DNA of 64,000 bases, taken from the NCBI RefSeq assembly GCF_013149785.1, contig NZ_JABEZU010000001.1:930001-994000 (forward strand), given 5' to 3'. The notes under the pieces are model-generated. The model saw only the letters and a list, made by a program, of their open reading frames with translations. It searched no databases and was not told the origin of the DNA. This document shows, in pieces, positions 45,701 to 57,605 of the stretch. The translations under genes were made by a program, and so were the position numbers. Within the stretch, counting starts at the first letter, position 1; every line of letters begins with the position of its first letter. This DNA comes from Isoptericola halotolerans (GTDB lineage: Bacteria; Actinomycetota; Actinomycetes; Actinomycetales; Cellulomonadaceae).

Positions 45701-48543
45701 ACGGGGCGAACTACTCCTTCAGCGTCGGCGACGGCGAGACCGTGGAGTTCTCCTACGACCTCGCCACGCACGAGCTGGCGATCGACGTGGCGAACCCGCC
45801 GCTGGACGGGGTCGGTCAGCAGGCCGCGCACTGGGTGCGCGAGGCGCTGGTGCTGGCCCCGGAGAGCCTCGGCACCGGGGACGACTGGACGCTGTGGACC
45901 GCCCCCGCCGGCGGGCTGCGGGTGTCCGACGGCCAGGTCACGGGTCCTGACGGCGGCGACCTGCCCGACGGCGCCCTCGCCGTCGAGCTGAGGCCCGCCG
46001 ACGGCGTGCCGGACGACGTGGCCGACGACTTCCCGGCGCTGGCGGGCCACGCCCCGTTCGTGCCGACGTCGGACGGCGCGCCGCTGGACCGCGAGACGGT
46101 GGAGCGGCTGCTCACCGGCCAGCTCCTGGTGGTGCGCTCGGACGATGACGTCGTCACCGCGGCGACCGGGGTGCAGGTCCCGGGCGTGCTCGACGACCTG
46201 TACGCCGAGGCTGCGGCCGACCGTACGTTCGGCGCCGTCGTGCATCCCAACCGCAAGTGGGCCTCGTTCGCGCTCTGGGCTCCCACGGCCCAGGACGTCG
46301 ACCTGCTGGTGTGGCCCGAGGGCCGCGACCTGGAGGCCGACCCGGACCGCTTCGACGCCGCTCGCCAGGCGGACGGCTCCTGGACGCTCGACGGCAAGCA
46401 GACCGACAAGAAGTACCCGTGGGTCGGTGCCCGCTACCGGTACGCCGTGGAGGTGTACGTCCCCGGGGACGTGGCACCCCACGGTTCGGTGGTGGTCAAC
46501 GAGGTGACGGACCCGTACTCCGTGGGGCTGACGCTCGACTCCACGCACTCCGTCGTCGTGGGGCTCGACGACAAGAGGTGGCAACCGAAGGTCTGGCGCA
46601 CCACCCCCCAGCCCGTCGTCGAGCGGCCCGTGGACCAGACGATCTACGAGCTGCACGTGCGGGACTTCTCGATCGCCGACGCCACGGTGCCCGAGGACGT
46701 CCGCGGGACGTACCTCGCGTTCGCCGAGGACGCCTCCGACGGCATGTCCCACCTGCGCGGGCTGGCCGAGGCCGGCCTGACCACGGTGCACCTGCTGCCG
46801 ACGTTCGACATCGCCACCATCCCCGAGGCGCGCGCCGACCAGGAGACCACCGGTGACCTGTCCGGGTTCGCGCCGGACTCCACCGAGCAGCAGGCCGCGG
46901 TGGCGGCCGTGCAGGCGACCGACGGCTTCAACTGGGGCTACGACCCCTACCACTTCACGACGCCGGAGGGCTCGTACGCGGTGGACGCCGACGGCGGCGC
47001 CCGGGTCGCGGAGTTCCGCACGATGGTGGGCTCGCTGCACGACGCCGGACTGCAGGTGGTGCTGGACCAGGTGTTCAACCACACGGCGGCCAGCGGCCAG
47101 GACGCGAAGAGCGTGCTCGACCGTGTGGTGCCGGGCTACTACCACCGGCAGAACCCGATCACCGGGGCGGTCGAGACCAGCACCTGCTGCCAGAACGTCG
47201 CCACGGAGCATGCCCTGGCCGAGAAGCTCATGGTGGACTCGGTCGTCACCTGGGCCCGGGACTACAAGGTCGACGGGTTCCGCTTCGACCTCATGGGGCA
47301 CCACTCCCGGGCGAACATGCTCGCGGTGCGCGAGGCCCTCGACGACCTCACGGTGGCCGAGGACGGCGTGGACGGGTCGGCGGTGTACCTGTACGGCGAG
47401 GGTTGGAACTTCGGCGAGGTCGCCGACGGCGCCCTCTTCGAGCAGGCCACCCAGGGCAACCTGGGAGGCACCGGCATCGGGACGTTCTCCGACCGGCTCC
47501 GCGACGCCGTGCACGGCGGGTCCCCGGTCGACGGGGCGTCGACCTTCACGCAGGGCTTCGGGACCGGGCTGTTCACGGACCCGAACGGCCGTGAGGCGCG
47601 CACGGGCGAGCCCGGCACGGTGAACGACGGCGGGGCGGACGAGGAGGCCGACCTCGCCCACCAGACGGACCTCGTGCGTCTGGGGCTGGCCGGCAACCTG
47701 CGCGAGTTCTCGTTCGTCGCCTCCGACGGCGAGCCCACGCGGGGCGAGGACCTCGACTACCGGGGCTCGCCGGCCGGGTACGCCGACTCCCCGGAGGAGG
47801 TCGTCACCTACGTCGACGCCCACGACAACGAGACGCTGTTCGACCTGCTGGCGCTCAAGCTCCCGCAGGCGACGTCGATGGACGACCGGGTACGGATGAA
47901 CACGCTGTCGCTGGCGACGGCGGCGCTCGCGCAGACGCCGTCGTTCTGGCACGCGGGGACGGACCTGCTGCGGTCGAAGTCGCTGGACCGCAACTCCTAC
48001 GACTCGGGCGACTGGTTCAACGCGATCGACTGGACGGGTCAGGACAACGGGTTCGCCCGTGGCCTGCCGATGGCGGCCGACAACGAGGAGAAGTGGCCGC
48101 TCATGGCGCCGCTGCTGGCCGACCCGGCGCTCACACCGGAGCCGGCGCACATCGCCGAGGCCTCCGGGCGGGCACGGGAGCTGCTGGAGCTGCGCGGCTC
48201 CACGGACCTGTTCCGGCTGGGGTCCGCCGAGCTCATCTCCGAGAAGGTGACGTTCCCGGCCTCCGGTCCGGACGCCGTGCCGGGGGTGATCGTCATGTCG
48301 ATCGACGACACCGTCGGTACCGACGTCGACCCGGATCTGGACGGGGTGCTGACCGTCTTCAACGCCTCGCCGGACCCCGTGACGGTGGCGGTGGACGGCC
48401 TCGCCGGCCGCGACTACGGCCTGTCGGCTGTCCAGCGCGACGGCGGCGACGCCGTCGTGCGCGAGACCGCCTGGGACGCGGGCACCGGGACGGTCGCCGT
48501 GCCGGCACGGACGGTCGCCGTGCTGGTGGAGGACCAGGGCTGA
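42724..48543 (+). CDS. secreted amylopullulanase (GH13 alpha-amylase fused to pullulanase-type alpha-1,6-glucosidase)
   Basis: Signal peptide; DRFANGD, YHGYW, GFRIDTVKH, FLGNHD; second GH13 with YELHVRDFS, NWGYDP, GFRFDLMGH, YGEGWNF, AHDNET; ATG 42724 after AAGGAG. Confidence 0.95.
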   Translation: MVRASRPPLRRRGVAALAALTVAVPGLALASGASAADERTVTLVGDLQTELGCASDWDPSCEATRLAAAGDGLYAADVDLPAGSYEYKVALDGAWDEAYGRDGTDANAPLVLGGDARLRVTYDDATHRVALTPLDLAGEYDDAADDAIVLPPVRQAGADERFYFVMTDRFANGDPDNDTGGLDGDALDHGFDPTDKGFYHGGDIAGLREHLDYIEGLGTTAIWLTPSFMNRPVQGTGDDASAGYHGYWITDFTQIDPHLGTNAELEALIEDAHARGIKVYFDIITNHTADVIDYAEGEYSYIDQATAPYTDAAGEVFDPADYAGTDDFPELDAATSFPYTPVIAPEDADVKVPAWLNDPTLYHNRGDSTWTGESVTFGDFVGLDDLMTEHPTVVNGFVEVYSDWIDLGIDGFRIDTVKHVNPEFWEVWSAEVMDYARAQGKDDFFMFGEVYDADARLLSPYVRDTEMSSVLDFAFQASATSFASGNSAKGLANLFASDDRYTTPETSAAALPTFLGNHDMGRVGYMLAGTDDPLARTELAHELMYLTRGQPVVYYGDEQGFAGSGGDKDARQTLFATQVDSYADQPLVTGETAGSVDRYDTDAPLYTHIAALAALREEHPALSQGAQVERHVADGAGVYAFSRVDRDEKIEHLVAVNNTSAAREATFTTLTPGADYEVLHGDGEPVTADASGEVTLTVGAASAVVLVADRTVGAETDGSIAVEVPAPGAALEGTAPVRAAIDDAWAETSFAWREVGTTDWQPLGTAEDTTPRLFHDVDGLGEGTLVEYRAVTVDADGDRAAASTFASVGVDVSGTVGEVGPDPDIDMVTVPGSHNSEMGCAGDWTPDCESARLSVRPDGVWAGTFDLPAGDYEYKVALNGSWDVNYGVGGVQGGPNATYTHDGGKVTFYWDPVSKDFSSTAQGPIVTLPGSYQDQVGCPSAWAPDCLATWLKDPDGDGVYTWSTDALDGGAYETKVAHGLSWAENYGVGGARDGANYSFSVGDGETVEFSYDLATHELAIDVANPPLDGVGQQAAHWVREALVLAPESLGTGDDWTLWTAPAGGLRVSDGQVTGPDGGDLPDGALAVELRPADGVPDDVADDFPALAGHAPFVPTSDGAPLDRETVERLLTGQLLVVRSDDDVVTAATGVQVPGVLDDLYAEAAADRTFGAVVHPNRKWASFALWAPTAQDVDLLVWPEGRDLEADPDRFDAARQADGSWTLDGKQTDKKYPWVGARYRYAVEVYVPGDVAPHGSVVVNEVTDPYSVGLTLDSTHSVVVGLDDKRWQPKVWRTTPQPVVERPVDQTIYELHVRDFSIADATVPEDVRGTYLAFAEDASDGMSHLRGLAEAGLTTVHLLPTFDIATIPEARADQETTGDLSGFAPDSTEQQAAVAAVQATDGFNWGYDPYHFTTPEGSYAVDADGGARVAEFRTMVGSLHDAGLQVVLDQVFNHTAASGQDAKSVLDRVVPGYYHRQNPITGAVETSTCCQNVATEHALAEKLMVDSVVTWARDYKVDGFRFDLMGHHSRANMLAVREALDDLTVAEDGVDGSAVYLYGEGWNFGEVADGALFEQATQGNLGGTGIGTFSDRLRDAVHGGSPVDGASTFTQGFGTGLFTDPNGREARTGEPGTVNDGGADEEADLAHQTDLVRLGLAGNLREFSFVASDGEPTRGEDLDYRGSPAGYADSPEEVVTYVDAHDNETLFDLLALKLPQATSMDDRVRMNTLSLATAALAQTPSFWHAGTDLLRSKSLDRNSYDSGDWFNAIDWTGQDNGFARGLPMAADNEEKWPLMAPLLADPALTPEPAHIAEASGRARELLELRGSTDLFRLGSAELISEKVTFPASGPDAVPGVIVMSIDDTVGTDVDPDLDGVLTVFNASPDPVTVAVDGLAGRDYGLSAVQRDGGDAVVRETAWDAGTGTVAVPARTVAVLVEDQG

Positions 48544-48560
48544 GACCAGCCACTTCGGTC

Positions 48561-48609
48561 AAGAGTCGCGGCTTGCCTTCGCAGATCGAAGGCAGGCCGC
48601 GACTTTTTC
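48561..48609 (+). terminator. intrinsic terminator
   Basis: AGTCGCGGCTTGCCTTCG-cagat-CGAAGGCAGGCCGCGACT followed by TTTT. Confidence 0.8.
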
Positions 48610-48799
48610 TCCGTGTATGTCCGGTGTGATCCCTCACATGTCGTGACCAGATCGTGATCCTGGCCCGTTGACTTCGAGACTTGAAGCCAGCAATGTTGTC
48701 CCCGGCCTTCTTCCCGGGAGGCTGCGGTCCAGCCCCGACGGGGCGCCGACGGTGAAGGTCGCCGCCGGAGGACCCTCGACGACGAGAAGGAGCGCGAGG

Positions 48800-49954
48800 A
48801 TGCGACTCGGCAAGAAGATGGGCGTGGTCGCCGCAGGTGCGGCGCTGGCGCTCACCCTGACTGCGTGTGCTGGTGACGGTGCGGGCAGCAGCAACGAGAA
48901 CGCCACCGACGGTGAAGCCACCGAGGGCGGCACGATCGGTGTGGCGATGCCCACCGAGACCTCCGAGCGATGGATCGCCGACGGCAACGCCGTGCAGGCG
49001 GGACTCGAGGAGGCCGGCTACGACGTCGACCTGCAGTTCGCGGGCGACGACATCCCGGTCCAGACCCAGCAGATCGACGCGATGATCACCGGTGGCGTCG
49101 AGGCGCTCATCATCGCCGCGATCGACGGCACGGCCCTCACGAGCCAGCTCGACGCCGCCGCCGCCGCAGGGATCCCGGTCATCTCCTACGACCGCCTGAT
49201 CCGCGACAGCGAGAACGTCGACTTCTACGTCTCGTTCGACAACTACAAGGTCGGCGTCGCCCAGGCGACCGCCCTGCTCTACGGCCTCGGTCTGACCGAC
49301 GAGGCCGGCGAGCCCACCGGTGAGGAGGGCCCGTTCAACATCGAGCTCTTCGCCGGCTCGCCGGACGACAACAACGCGAACTTCTTCTGGGACGGCGCGA
49401 TGGACACGCTCCAGCCGTTCTTCGACGACGGCTCGCTCGTGGTCCCTTCCGGGCAGACCGCGTTCGACCAGGCAGCCACGCTGCGCTGGGAGCAGGAGCG
49501 GGCGCAGAAGCGCATGGAGGACCTGCTCACCTCCACCTACACCGGTGGTGAGGAGCTCCACGGCGTGCTCGCCCCGTACGACGGCCTGTCCCGCGGCATC
49601 ATCACGGCGCTCCAGGGCGCCGGCATGGGCGGCGACACGATCGAGGACGGCCTGCCGGTCGTCACCGGTCAGGACGCCGAGATCGCGTCGGTGAAGTACA
49701 TCCAGGACGGTGTGCAGCAGTCCACGATCTTCAAGGACACGCGCAAGCTCGCCGACCAGGCCGTCATCGCCGCGCAGGCGTACCTCGCCGGCGAGGAGCC
49801 CGAGGCGAACGACACCGAGACGTACGACAACGGCGTCAAGACCGTGCCGTCGTACCTCCTCGAGGTCGACACCGTCTACGCGGACAACATCACCGAGCTG
49901 CTGGTCGACAGCGGCTACTGGACCCAGGACCAGATCGACGCCGGCCAGGCGTGA
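48800..49954 (+). CDS. chvE: multiple-monosaccharide ABC transporter substrate-binding lipoprotein (ChvE-like)
   Basis: LTAC lipobox; GVAMPTETSERW, YDRLI, FDNYKVG, GSPDDNNA, TGQDAE, FKDTR; ATG 48800. Confidence 0.9.
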   Translation: MRLGKKMGVVAAGAALALTLTACAGDGAGSSNENATDGEATEGGTIGVAMPTETSERWIADGNAVQAGLEEAGYDVDLQFAGDDIPVQTQQIDAMITGGVEALIIAAIDGTALTSQLDAAAAAGIPVISYDRLIRDSENVDFYVSFDNYKVGVAQATALLYGLGLTDEAGEPTGEEGPFNIELFAGSPDDNNANFFWDGAMDTLQPFFDDGSLVVPSGQTAFDQAATLRWEQERAQKRMEDLLTSTYTGGEELHGVLAPYDGLSRGIITALQGAGMGGDTIEDGLPVVTGQDAEIASVKYIQDGVQQSTIFKDTRKLADQAVIAAQAYLAGEEPEANDTETYDNGVKTVPSYLLEVDTVYADNITELLVDSGYWTQDQIDAGQA

Positions 49955-50077
49955 CCTGATCCTGACCACCGGGCCCGCCGTCGACGCTTCCCCCGAGCGT
50001 CGGCGGCGGGCCCGGCCAGGGCTCCGCACCGGGTCGCCGGCGGCGGGCACACCCCAGAAGGAGGGACGAGGGCGCAC

Positions 50078-51633
<1,556 letters not shown>

Positions 51634-51637
<4 letters not shown>

Positions 51638-52812
51638 ACGTCATCGCCGGAGCCCGGGACCTCATGACCCGGCACCTGCGCGAGAGCGGGATCTTCATCG
51701 CGTTCGCGATGATCGTCGTCCTGTTCTCCGTGCTCAACCCGAACTTCCTGAGCCCGGGGAACCTGACGAACATCATCCTGCAGTACTCGTACATCCTGAT
51801 CCTGGCCATCGGCATGCTCATGATCATCGTGGCGGGGCATATCGACCTGTCCGTCGGATCGGTGGTCGCGCTGACCGGTGCGGTCTCGGCCGTGGTGGTC
51901 ATCAGGATGGGCATGCCGTGGTACATGGGCGTGATCGCGGCGCTCGTGGTCGGGCTGCTCGTCGGGATGTGGCAAGGGTTCTGGGTCGCCTATGTCGGTA
52001 TCCCGGGCTTCATCGTCTCTCTCGCGGGCATGCTGCTCTTCCGTGGCATGACGTACCTGGTGCTCGACAACGTCTCCCTCTCGCCGTTCGGCGGCACGTA
52101 CTACCAGATCGCCAACGGGTTCTCCAACGGGCTGCTCGGCGGTGCGGGCTTCGACGTCTTCACCGTGCTGATCTTCGCGATCGCCGTCGTCGGTTACGCC
52201 GTCAGCCAGTGGCGTTCGCGCCAGGGCAAGATCGCCTACCGGCAGACCGTCGAGTCGCTTCCCATGTTCGCCCTGAAGATCCTCCTCGTCGGCGCGGTCG
52301 TCATGTGGTTCGGCTACCAGCTGTCCCAGAGCCGTGGGCTGCCGCTGGTGCTGATCATCCTGGCCGTGCTGATCATCGTCTACGCGCTGGTGATGCAGAA
52401 GTCGGTCTTCGGCCGGCACATCTACGCCGTCGGCGGTAACCGCCACGCGGCCGAGCTCAGCGGTGTGAAGGTCCGTCGGATCAACTTCTGGATCTTCGTC
52501 AACATGGGCTTCCTGGCCTCCGTGGCCGGCATCGTGTACTCCTCGCGGATGAACGCGGCGCAGCCCGCGGCCGGCAACATGTTCGAGCTCGACGCGATCG
52601 CCGCCTGCTTCATCGGTGGTGCGTCGACCACCGGCGGCATCGGCCGTGTCGGTGGCGCGATGATCGGTGGTCTGATCATGGCCGTCATGTCCAACGGCAT
52701 GCAGCTCATGGGGGTGCCGCAGTCGATGCAGCAGGTGATCAAGGGCCTGGTGCTCCTGCTCGCCGTGGCCTTCGACATCTGGAACAAGCGTCGCGCGGCC
52801 GCCGCGCGCTGA
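51634..52812 (+). CDS. mmsB: multiple-monosaccharide ABC transporter permease (MmsB/GguB)
   Basis: [33 protein letters not shown]. Confidence 0.92.
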
Positions 52813-52818
52813 TCCACC

Positions 52819-52863
52819 GACGACGGCGGGCAGGCGGGGCACTCCCGCCCGCCCGCCGTCGTC
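52819..52863 (+). terminator. GC-rich hairpin after mmsB
   Basis: GACGACGGCGGGC...GCCCGCCGTCGTC. Confidence 0.55.
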
Positions 52864-52897
52864 TTCTACACTCCGGTGCGTGAAGGGACGGCATCCC

Positions 52898-54082
52898 ATG
52901 GCGGGATCCCAGTCGTCGCTGCGCGAGGCCAACCGAGCCCGCGTCGTGGACGCGGTGAAGAAGCACGGCGGGCTGACACAGGTCGAGCTGGTCGGTGCCA
53001 CCGGGCTGTCCGCCGCGACCGTCTCCGCGATCGTCAAGGAGCTGGTCGCGGGGGAGATCGTCGAGGTCCGCAGCACCGTGCGCTCGGGCCGGCGGGCCCA
53101 GCTCGTCACGCTGGCGCACCGCGTCGGCCTCGTCGCCGGCGTGGTCGTCGGGTTCCGGCACCTGCGGGTCGCCATCGCGGACGTCTCGCACGAGGTGCTC
53201 GCCGAGCAGGTCCTGCCGCTCCCGGCCGACCACCGTCCCGACACCAGCCTCGACCGTGTGGCCCTGCTCGTCGTGGACCTGGTGGAGCGGGTCGGTGCCG
53301 GTCTGGACGAGGTGCTCGGGATCGGGCTGGGCCTGCCGGCTCCGGTCAACCCCGCCACCGGCATGGTCGGGCTGCGAGGGGTGCTGCGCGGCTGGGACTC
53401 CGTCCAGATCGCCCAGGTGCTGGAGAAGCGCCTCGCCCGCCCCGTCTTCGTGGACAACGACGCCAACCTCGGGGCGCTGTCGGAGTCCACCCTCGGCGCC
53501 GGGCGGGACCTGCAGGACATGCTCTACGTCAACGTCTCGCAGGGTGTGGGCGCCGGGCTGGTGGTCAACGGCCGGGTCCACCGCGGCACCGACGGGACGG
53601 CCGGGGAGATCGGTCACGTGCAGGTCGACCCCGCGGGTCGCATCTGCGCGTGCGGCAGCCGAGGGTGCCTCGAGACCGTCGTCGGGAGCCCGGCCCTGCT
53701 CGAACCCCTGTACCCCAGCTACGGCAACCTCACCCTGCGCGACGTGGTGCGGATGACCAAGGAGGACGACCCGGGCTGCCGGGAGATCGTGGCCGACGCC
53801 GGCTCGACCGTCGGTGGGGTCGTCGCCGCGCTGGCGACCGGGCTCGGCCCGCAGCGCGTCGTCGTCGGCGGTGAGCTCGCCGAGACCGGTGAGGCGTTCC
53901 TGGCTCCGTTGCGCGAGGCGATGCGCCGCCGGACGGTCCTGAGCCGGTCCGGTGGTCCCGACGTGGTGCCCGCCGCGCTAGGGTTGCGTGCCGAGCTCCT
54001 GGGTGCGATCGCGCTCGCCCTGGCGAGCACCGACCTGTTCGAGCGACCCGACAGCACCGACGACGAGGGAGCGGGAGGATGA
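52898..54082 (+). CDS. ROK-family transcriptional regulator
   Basis: SLREANRARV HTH; DNDANLGAL, GEIGH, CACGSRGCLE. Confidence 0.93.
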   Translation: MAGSQSSLREANRARVVDAVKKHGGLTQVELVGATGLSAATVSAIVKELVAGEIVEVRSTVRSGRRAQLVTLAHRVGLVAGVVVGFRHLRVAIADVSHEVLAEQVLPLPADHRPDTSLDRVALLVVDLVERVGAGLDEVLGIGLGLPAPVNPATGMVGLRGVLRGWDSVQIAQVLEKRLARPVFVDNDANLGALSESTLGAGRDLQDMLYVNVSQGVGAGLVVNGRVHRGTDGTAGEIGHVQVDPAGRICACGSRGCLETVVGSPALLEPLYPSYGNLTLRDVVRMTKEDDPGCREIVADAGSTVGGVVAALATGLGPQRVVVGGELAETGEAFLAPLREAMRRRTVLSRSGGPDVVPAALGLRAELLGAIALALASTDLFERPDSTDDEGAGG

Positions 54083-54834
54083 CGCTGCCCAACGACGGCA
54101 CGCGCCGGCGCTCGCCCCTGCTCGCCCTGCACGAGGTGAGCAAGAACTTCGGTGCGGTCGAGGCGCTCGTGGGGGTCGACCTGGAGGTCCGGTCCCACGA
54201 GGTCGTGGCCCTCGTCGGCGACAACGGTGCCGGCAAGTCGACGCTCGCCAAGATCGTCGCGGGCGTGCTCGTGCCGGATGCCGGCCAGGTGGAGATCGAC
54301 GGGCGGCCCGTGACGATCCACTCGCCGTCGGCCGCCAACGAGCTCGGTGTGGCGAGCGTCTTCCAGGACCTCGCGGTGTGCGAGAACCTCGACGTGACGG
54401 CCAACGTCTTCCTGGGCCAGGAGAGCCGCAACCGGATGGGCATGCTCCGTGACGGGCAGATGGAGGTCGACACCCGGCGCCTCCTGGAGCACCTCACGGT
54501 GCGGATCCCGTCGGTACGCACCCCGTTGCGCAACCTGTCCGCGGGGCAGCGTCAGGCGGTCGCGATCGCGCGCACCCTGATCGGCGACCCGCGGATCGTC
54601 GTGCTCGACGAGCCGACGGCGGCGCTCTCCGTGGCGCAGACCGGGGAGGTGCTCACGCACATCGAACGGCTGCGGGAGCTCGGGCTCGGGGTGATCCTCA
54701 TCAGTCACAACCTCAACGACGTGCGTGCGGTGGCGGACCGCATCGAGGTCATGCGCCACGGACGCAACAACGGCTCCTTCCCCGCCTCGGCCAGCCACGA
54801 GTCGATCCTGGCCGCGATCACAGGAGCCGCCTGA
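54079..54834 (+). CDS. single-domain sugar ABC ATP-binding protein
   Basis: GDNGAGKS, FQDLA, LSAGQRQ, DEPTAAL, SHN. Confidence 0.9.
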   Translation: MTLPNDGTRRRSPLLALHEVSKNFGAVEALVGVDLEVRSHEVVALVGDNGAGKSTLAKIVAGVLVPDAGQVEIDGRPVTIHSPSAANELGVASVFQDLAVCENLDVTANVFLGQESRNRMGMLRDGQMEVDTRRLLEHLTVRIPSVRTPLRNLSAGQRQAVAIARTLIGDPRIVVLDEPTAALSVAQTGEVLTHIERLRELGLGVILISHNLNDVRAVADRIEVMRHGRNNGSFPASASHESILAAITGAA

Positions 54835-54931
54835 ACCCACTCGGTGACCGTCGACCGTCGACCATTCGGCGGCCGGTGCCCGAAGACCAGCGTCCGCCGC
54901 CCGGTACGGCGGACTGAAACGGAGGAACGCG

Positions 54932-56065
54932 ATGAATCGACGACTGGCAGCAGGTGCTGCCGTCGTGGGGACGGCTGCCGCGCTCGCCCTGGCGGGTTGC
55001 GGGGCGGGCTCCAGCGAGGAGAGCGAGGGCGGCGGTGGCGCCGGCACGATCGGTGTCGCGATGCCGACGGAGTCGTCCGAACGATGGATCACGGACGGCC
55101 AGACCCTGGCCGCCGGCCTGGAGGAGGCCGGGTACTCCGTCGACCTGCAGTACGCCGGCGACGACACCGCGGGCTTCAAGCAGGCCGACCAGGTGCAGGC
55201 GATGATCGACGGCGGCGCCGAGCTGCTGATCATCGCGGCCGTCGACGGCGCCGGGCTCGGCGACCAGCTCGACGCCGCCGCCGCGCAGGGCATCCCGGTC
55301 ATCGCCTACGACCGCCTGCTCCTCGACACCGAGGGCGTGGACCACTACGTGACGTTCGACAACTACGCGGTCGGCGTCGCCCAGGCCACCTCGCTGCTGC
55401 GCGGGCTCGGTGTCGTCGACAAGGACGGCGAACCCACCGGGGACGAGGGCCCCTACAACATCGAGCTCTTCGCCGGCTCGCTGGACGACAACAACGCCCA
55501 CATGTTCTGGGAGGGTGCGGTCGACACGCTGCAGCCGTACCTCGACGACGGCGTCGTCGAGGTGCCGTCGGGCCAGACGGACATCGTCCAGGCCGAGTCC
55601 TGGCGCTGGTCCAAGGACCTGGCGCAGGACCGGATGTCGAGCCTGCTCGCGCAGTTCTACACCGACGACATCCCGCTGGACGGGATCCTCTCGCCGTACG
55701 ACGGCATCTCGCGCGGCGCGATCACGGCGCTGGCCCTCGACGGTCGGGGCCCCACGATCCCGGACGGCATGCCGGTCGTCACCGGGCAGGACGCCGAGGC
55801 CGCGTCGGTCAAGCTGATCCGCGACAAGATGCAGTACTCGACGGTCTTCAAGGACACGCGCGTCCTGGCGCAGGTGGCCGTGGACGCGGCGCTGGCCTAC
55901 CTGGACGGCGGCGAGCCCGAGGTCAACGACACCGACACGTACGACAACGGCGTCAAGATGGTGCCGTCCTACCTGCTCGACGTCGCGACCGTGAACCGCG
56001 GTGACGTCCAGGAGGTGCTCATCGACAGCGGGTACTACACGGCCGAGGAGATCGGCGAGGCCTGA
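54932..56065 (+). CDS. second ChvE-like sugar-binding lipoprotein
   Basis: LAGC lipobox; paralog of 48800..49954 (GVAMPTESSERW, FDNY, DDNNA, FKDTR). Confidence 0.9.
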   Translation: MNRRLAAGAAVVGTAAALALAGCGAGSSEESEGGGGAGTIGVAMPTESSERWITDGQTLAAGLEEAGYSVDLQYAGDDTAGFKQADQVQAMIDGGAELLIIAAVDGAGLGDQLDAAAAQGIPVIAYDRLLLDTEGVDHYVTFDNYAVGVAQATSLLRGLGVVDKDGEPTGDEGPYNIELFAGSLDDNNAHMFWEGAVDTLQPYLDDGVVEVPSGQTDIVQAESWRWSKDLAQDRMSSLLAQFYTDDIPLDGILSPYDGISRGAITALALDGRGPTIPDGMPVVTGQDAEAASVKLIRDKMQYSTVFKDTRVLAQVAVDAALAYLDGGEPEVNDTDTYDNGVKMVPSYLLDVATVNRGDVQEVLIDSGYYTAEEIGEA

Positions 56066-56085
56066 CGTCCTCCGCCGGGCGGGAG

Positions 56086-56991
<906 letters not shown>

Positions 56992-57029
56992 GCACGCCAT
57001 TGTCGCCCACCGTCTGCCACGATGGGGCC

Positions 57030-57605
57030 ATGAACGACACCACTGGCGTCCCGGACGATGCAGCGAGCGGCAGCACCGCGCCCGACAGGCCCACGCGGAT
57101 CGCCCTGGTCACCGACGACCACGCCGGCGAGCTCCTGACGCTGCGGCGAGCGGCCTTCGTCTCCGAGGCGCAGCTGTACGACGACCCGAACATCCCGCCG
57201 CTGACCCAGACGCTGGCCGAGCTGCGTGAGGACATGGCGCGCGAGGACATCGTGACGATCGGCGCCTGGGAGGGCCACCGGCTGGTCGGCTCCATCCGCG
57301 TGGAGGTCGAGGGCCAGAAGGCGACGCTCGGCCGTCTCGCCGTCGCGCCGGACCAGCAGGGGCGTGGGCTGGGCACCACGTTGATGTTCGCGATCCTCGA
57401 GCACCTGCCCGAGCAGGTCACCGAGATCTGGGCGTTCACGGGCAAGGACTCCAAGCACAACCTCGCGCTCTACACGAAGCACGGCTACGAGGCGCAGTAC
57501 GACGAGGCGGCCGGTCAGCTGACGATGACGTACCTGCGCCGGGTGCTGCACGCCGTCGACGCGCAGACCGTGGACGCGGCAGGCACCTCCGCCGACCGGC
57601 CGTGA
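57030..57605 (+). CDS. GNAT acetyltransferase
   Basis: AFVSEAQLY, IPPLTQT, LAVAPDQQGRGLG, FTG..S..NLALY; ATG 57030. Confidence 0.85.
   Translation: MNDTTGVPDDAASGSTAPDRPTRIALVTDDHAGELLTLRRAAFVSEAQLYDDPNIPPLTQTLAELREDMAREDIVTIGAWEGHRLVGSIRVEVEGQKATLGRLAVAPDQQGRGLGTTLMFAILEHLPEQVTEIWAFTGKDSKHNLALYTKHGYEAQYDEAAGQLTMTYLRRVLHAVDAQTVDAAGTSADRP

Noticed and set aside
48625..48660. TGTGA-N4-TCACA as a CRP site (likewise TGTGA-N7-TCAC at 12823)
   Set aside because: Spacing is not the N6 required for CRP/GlxR
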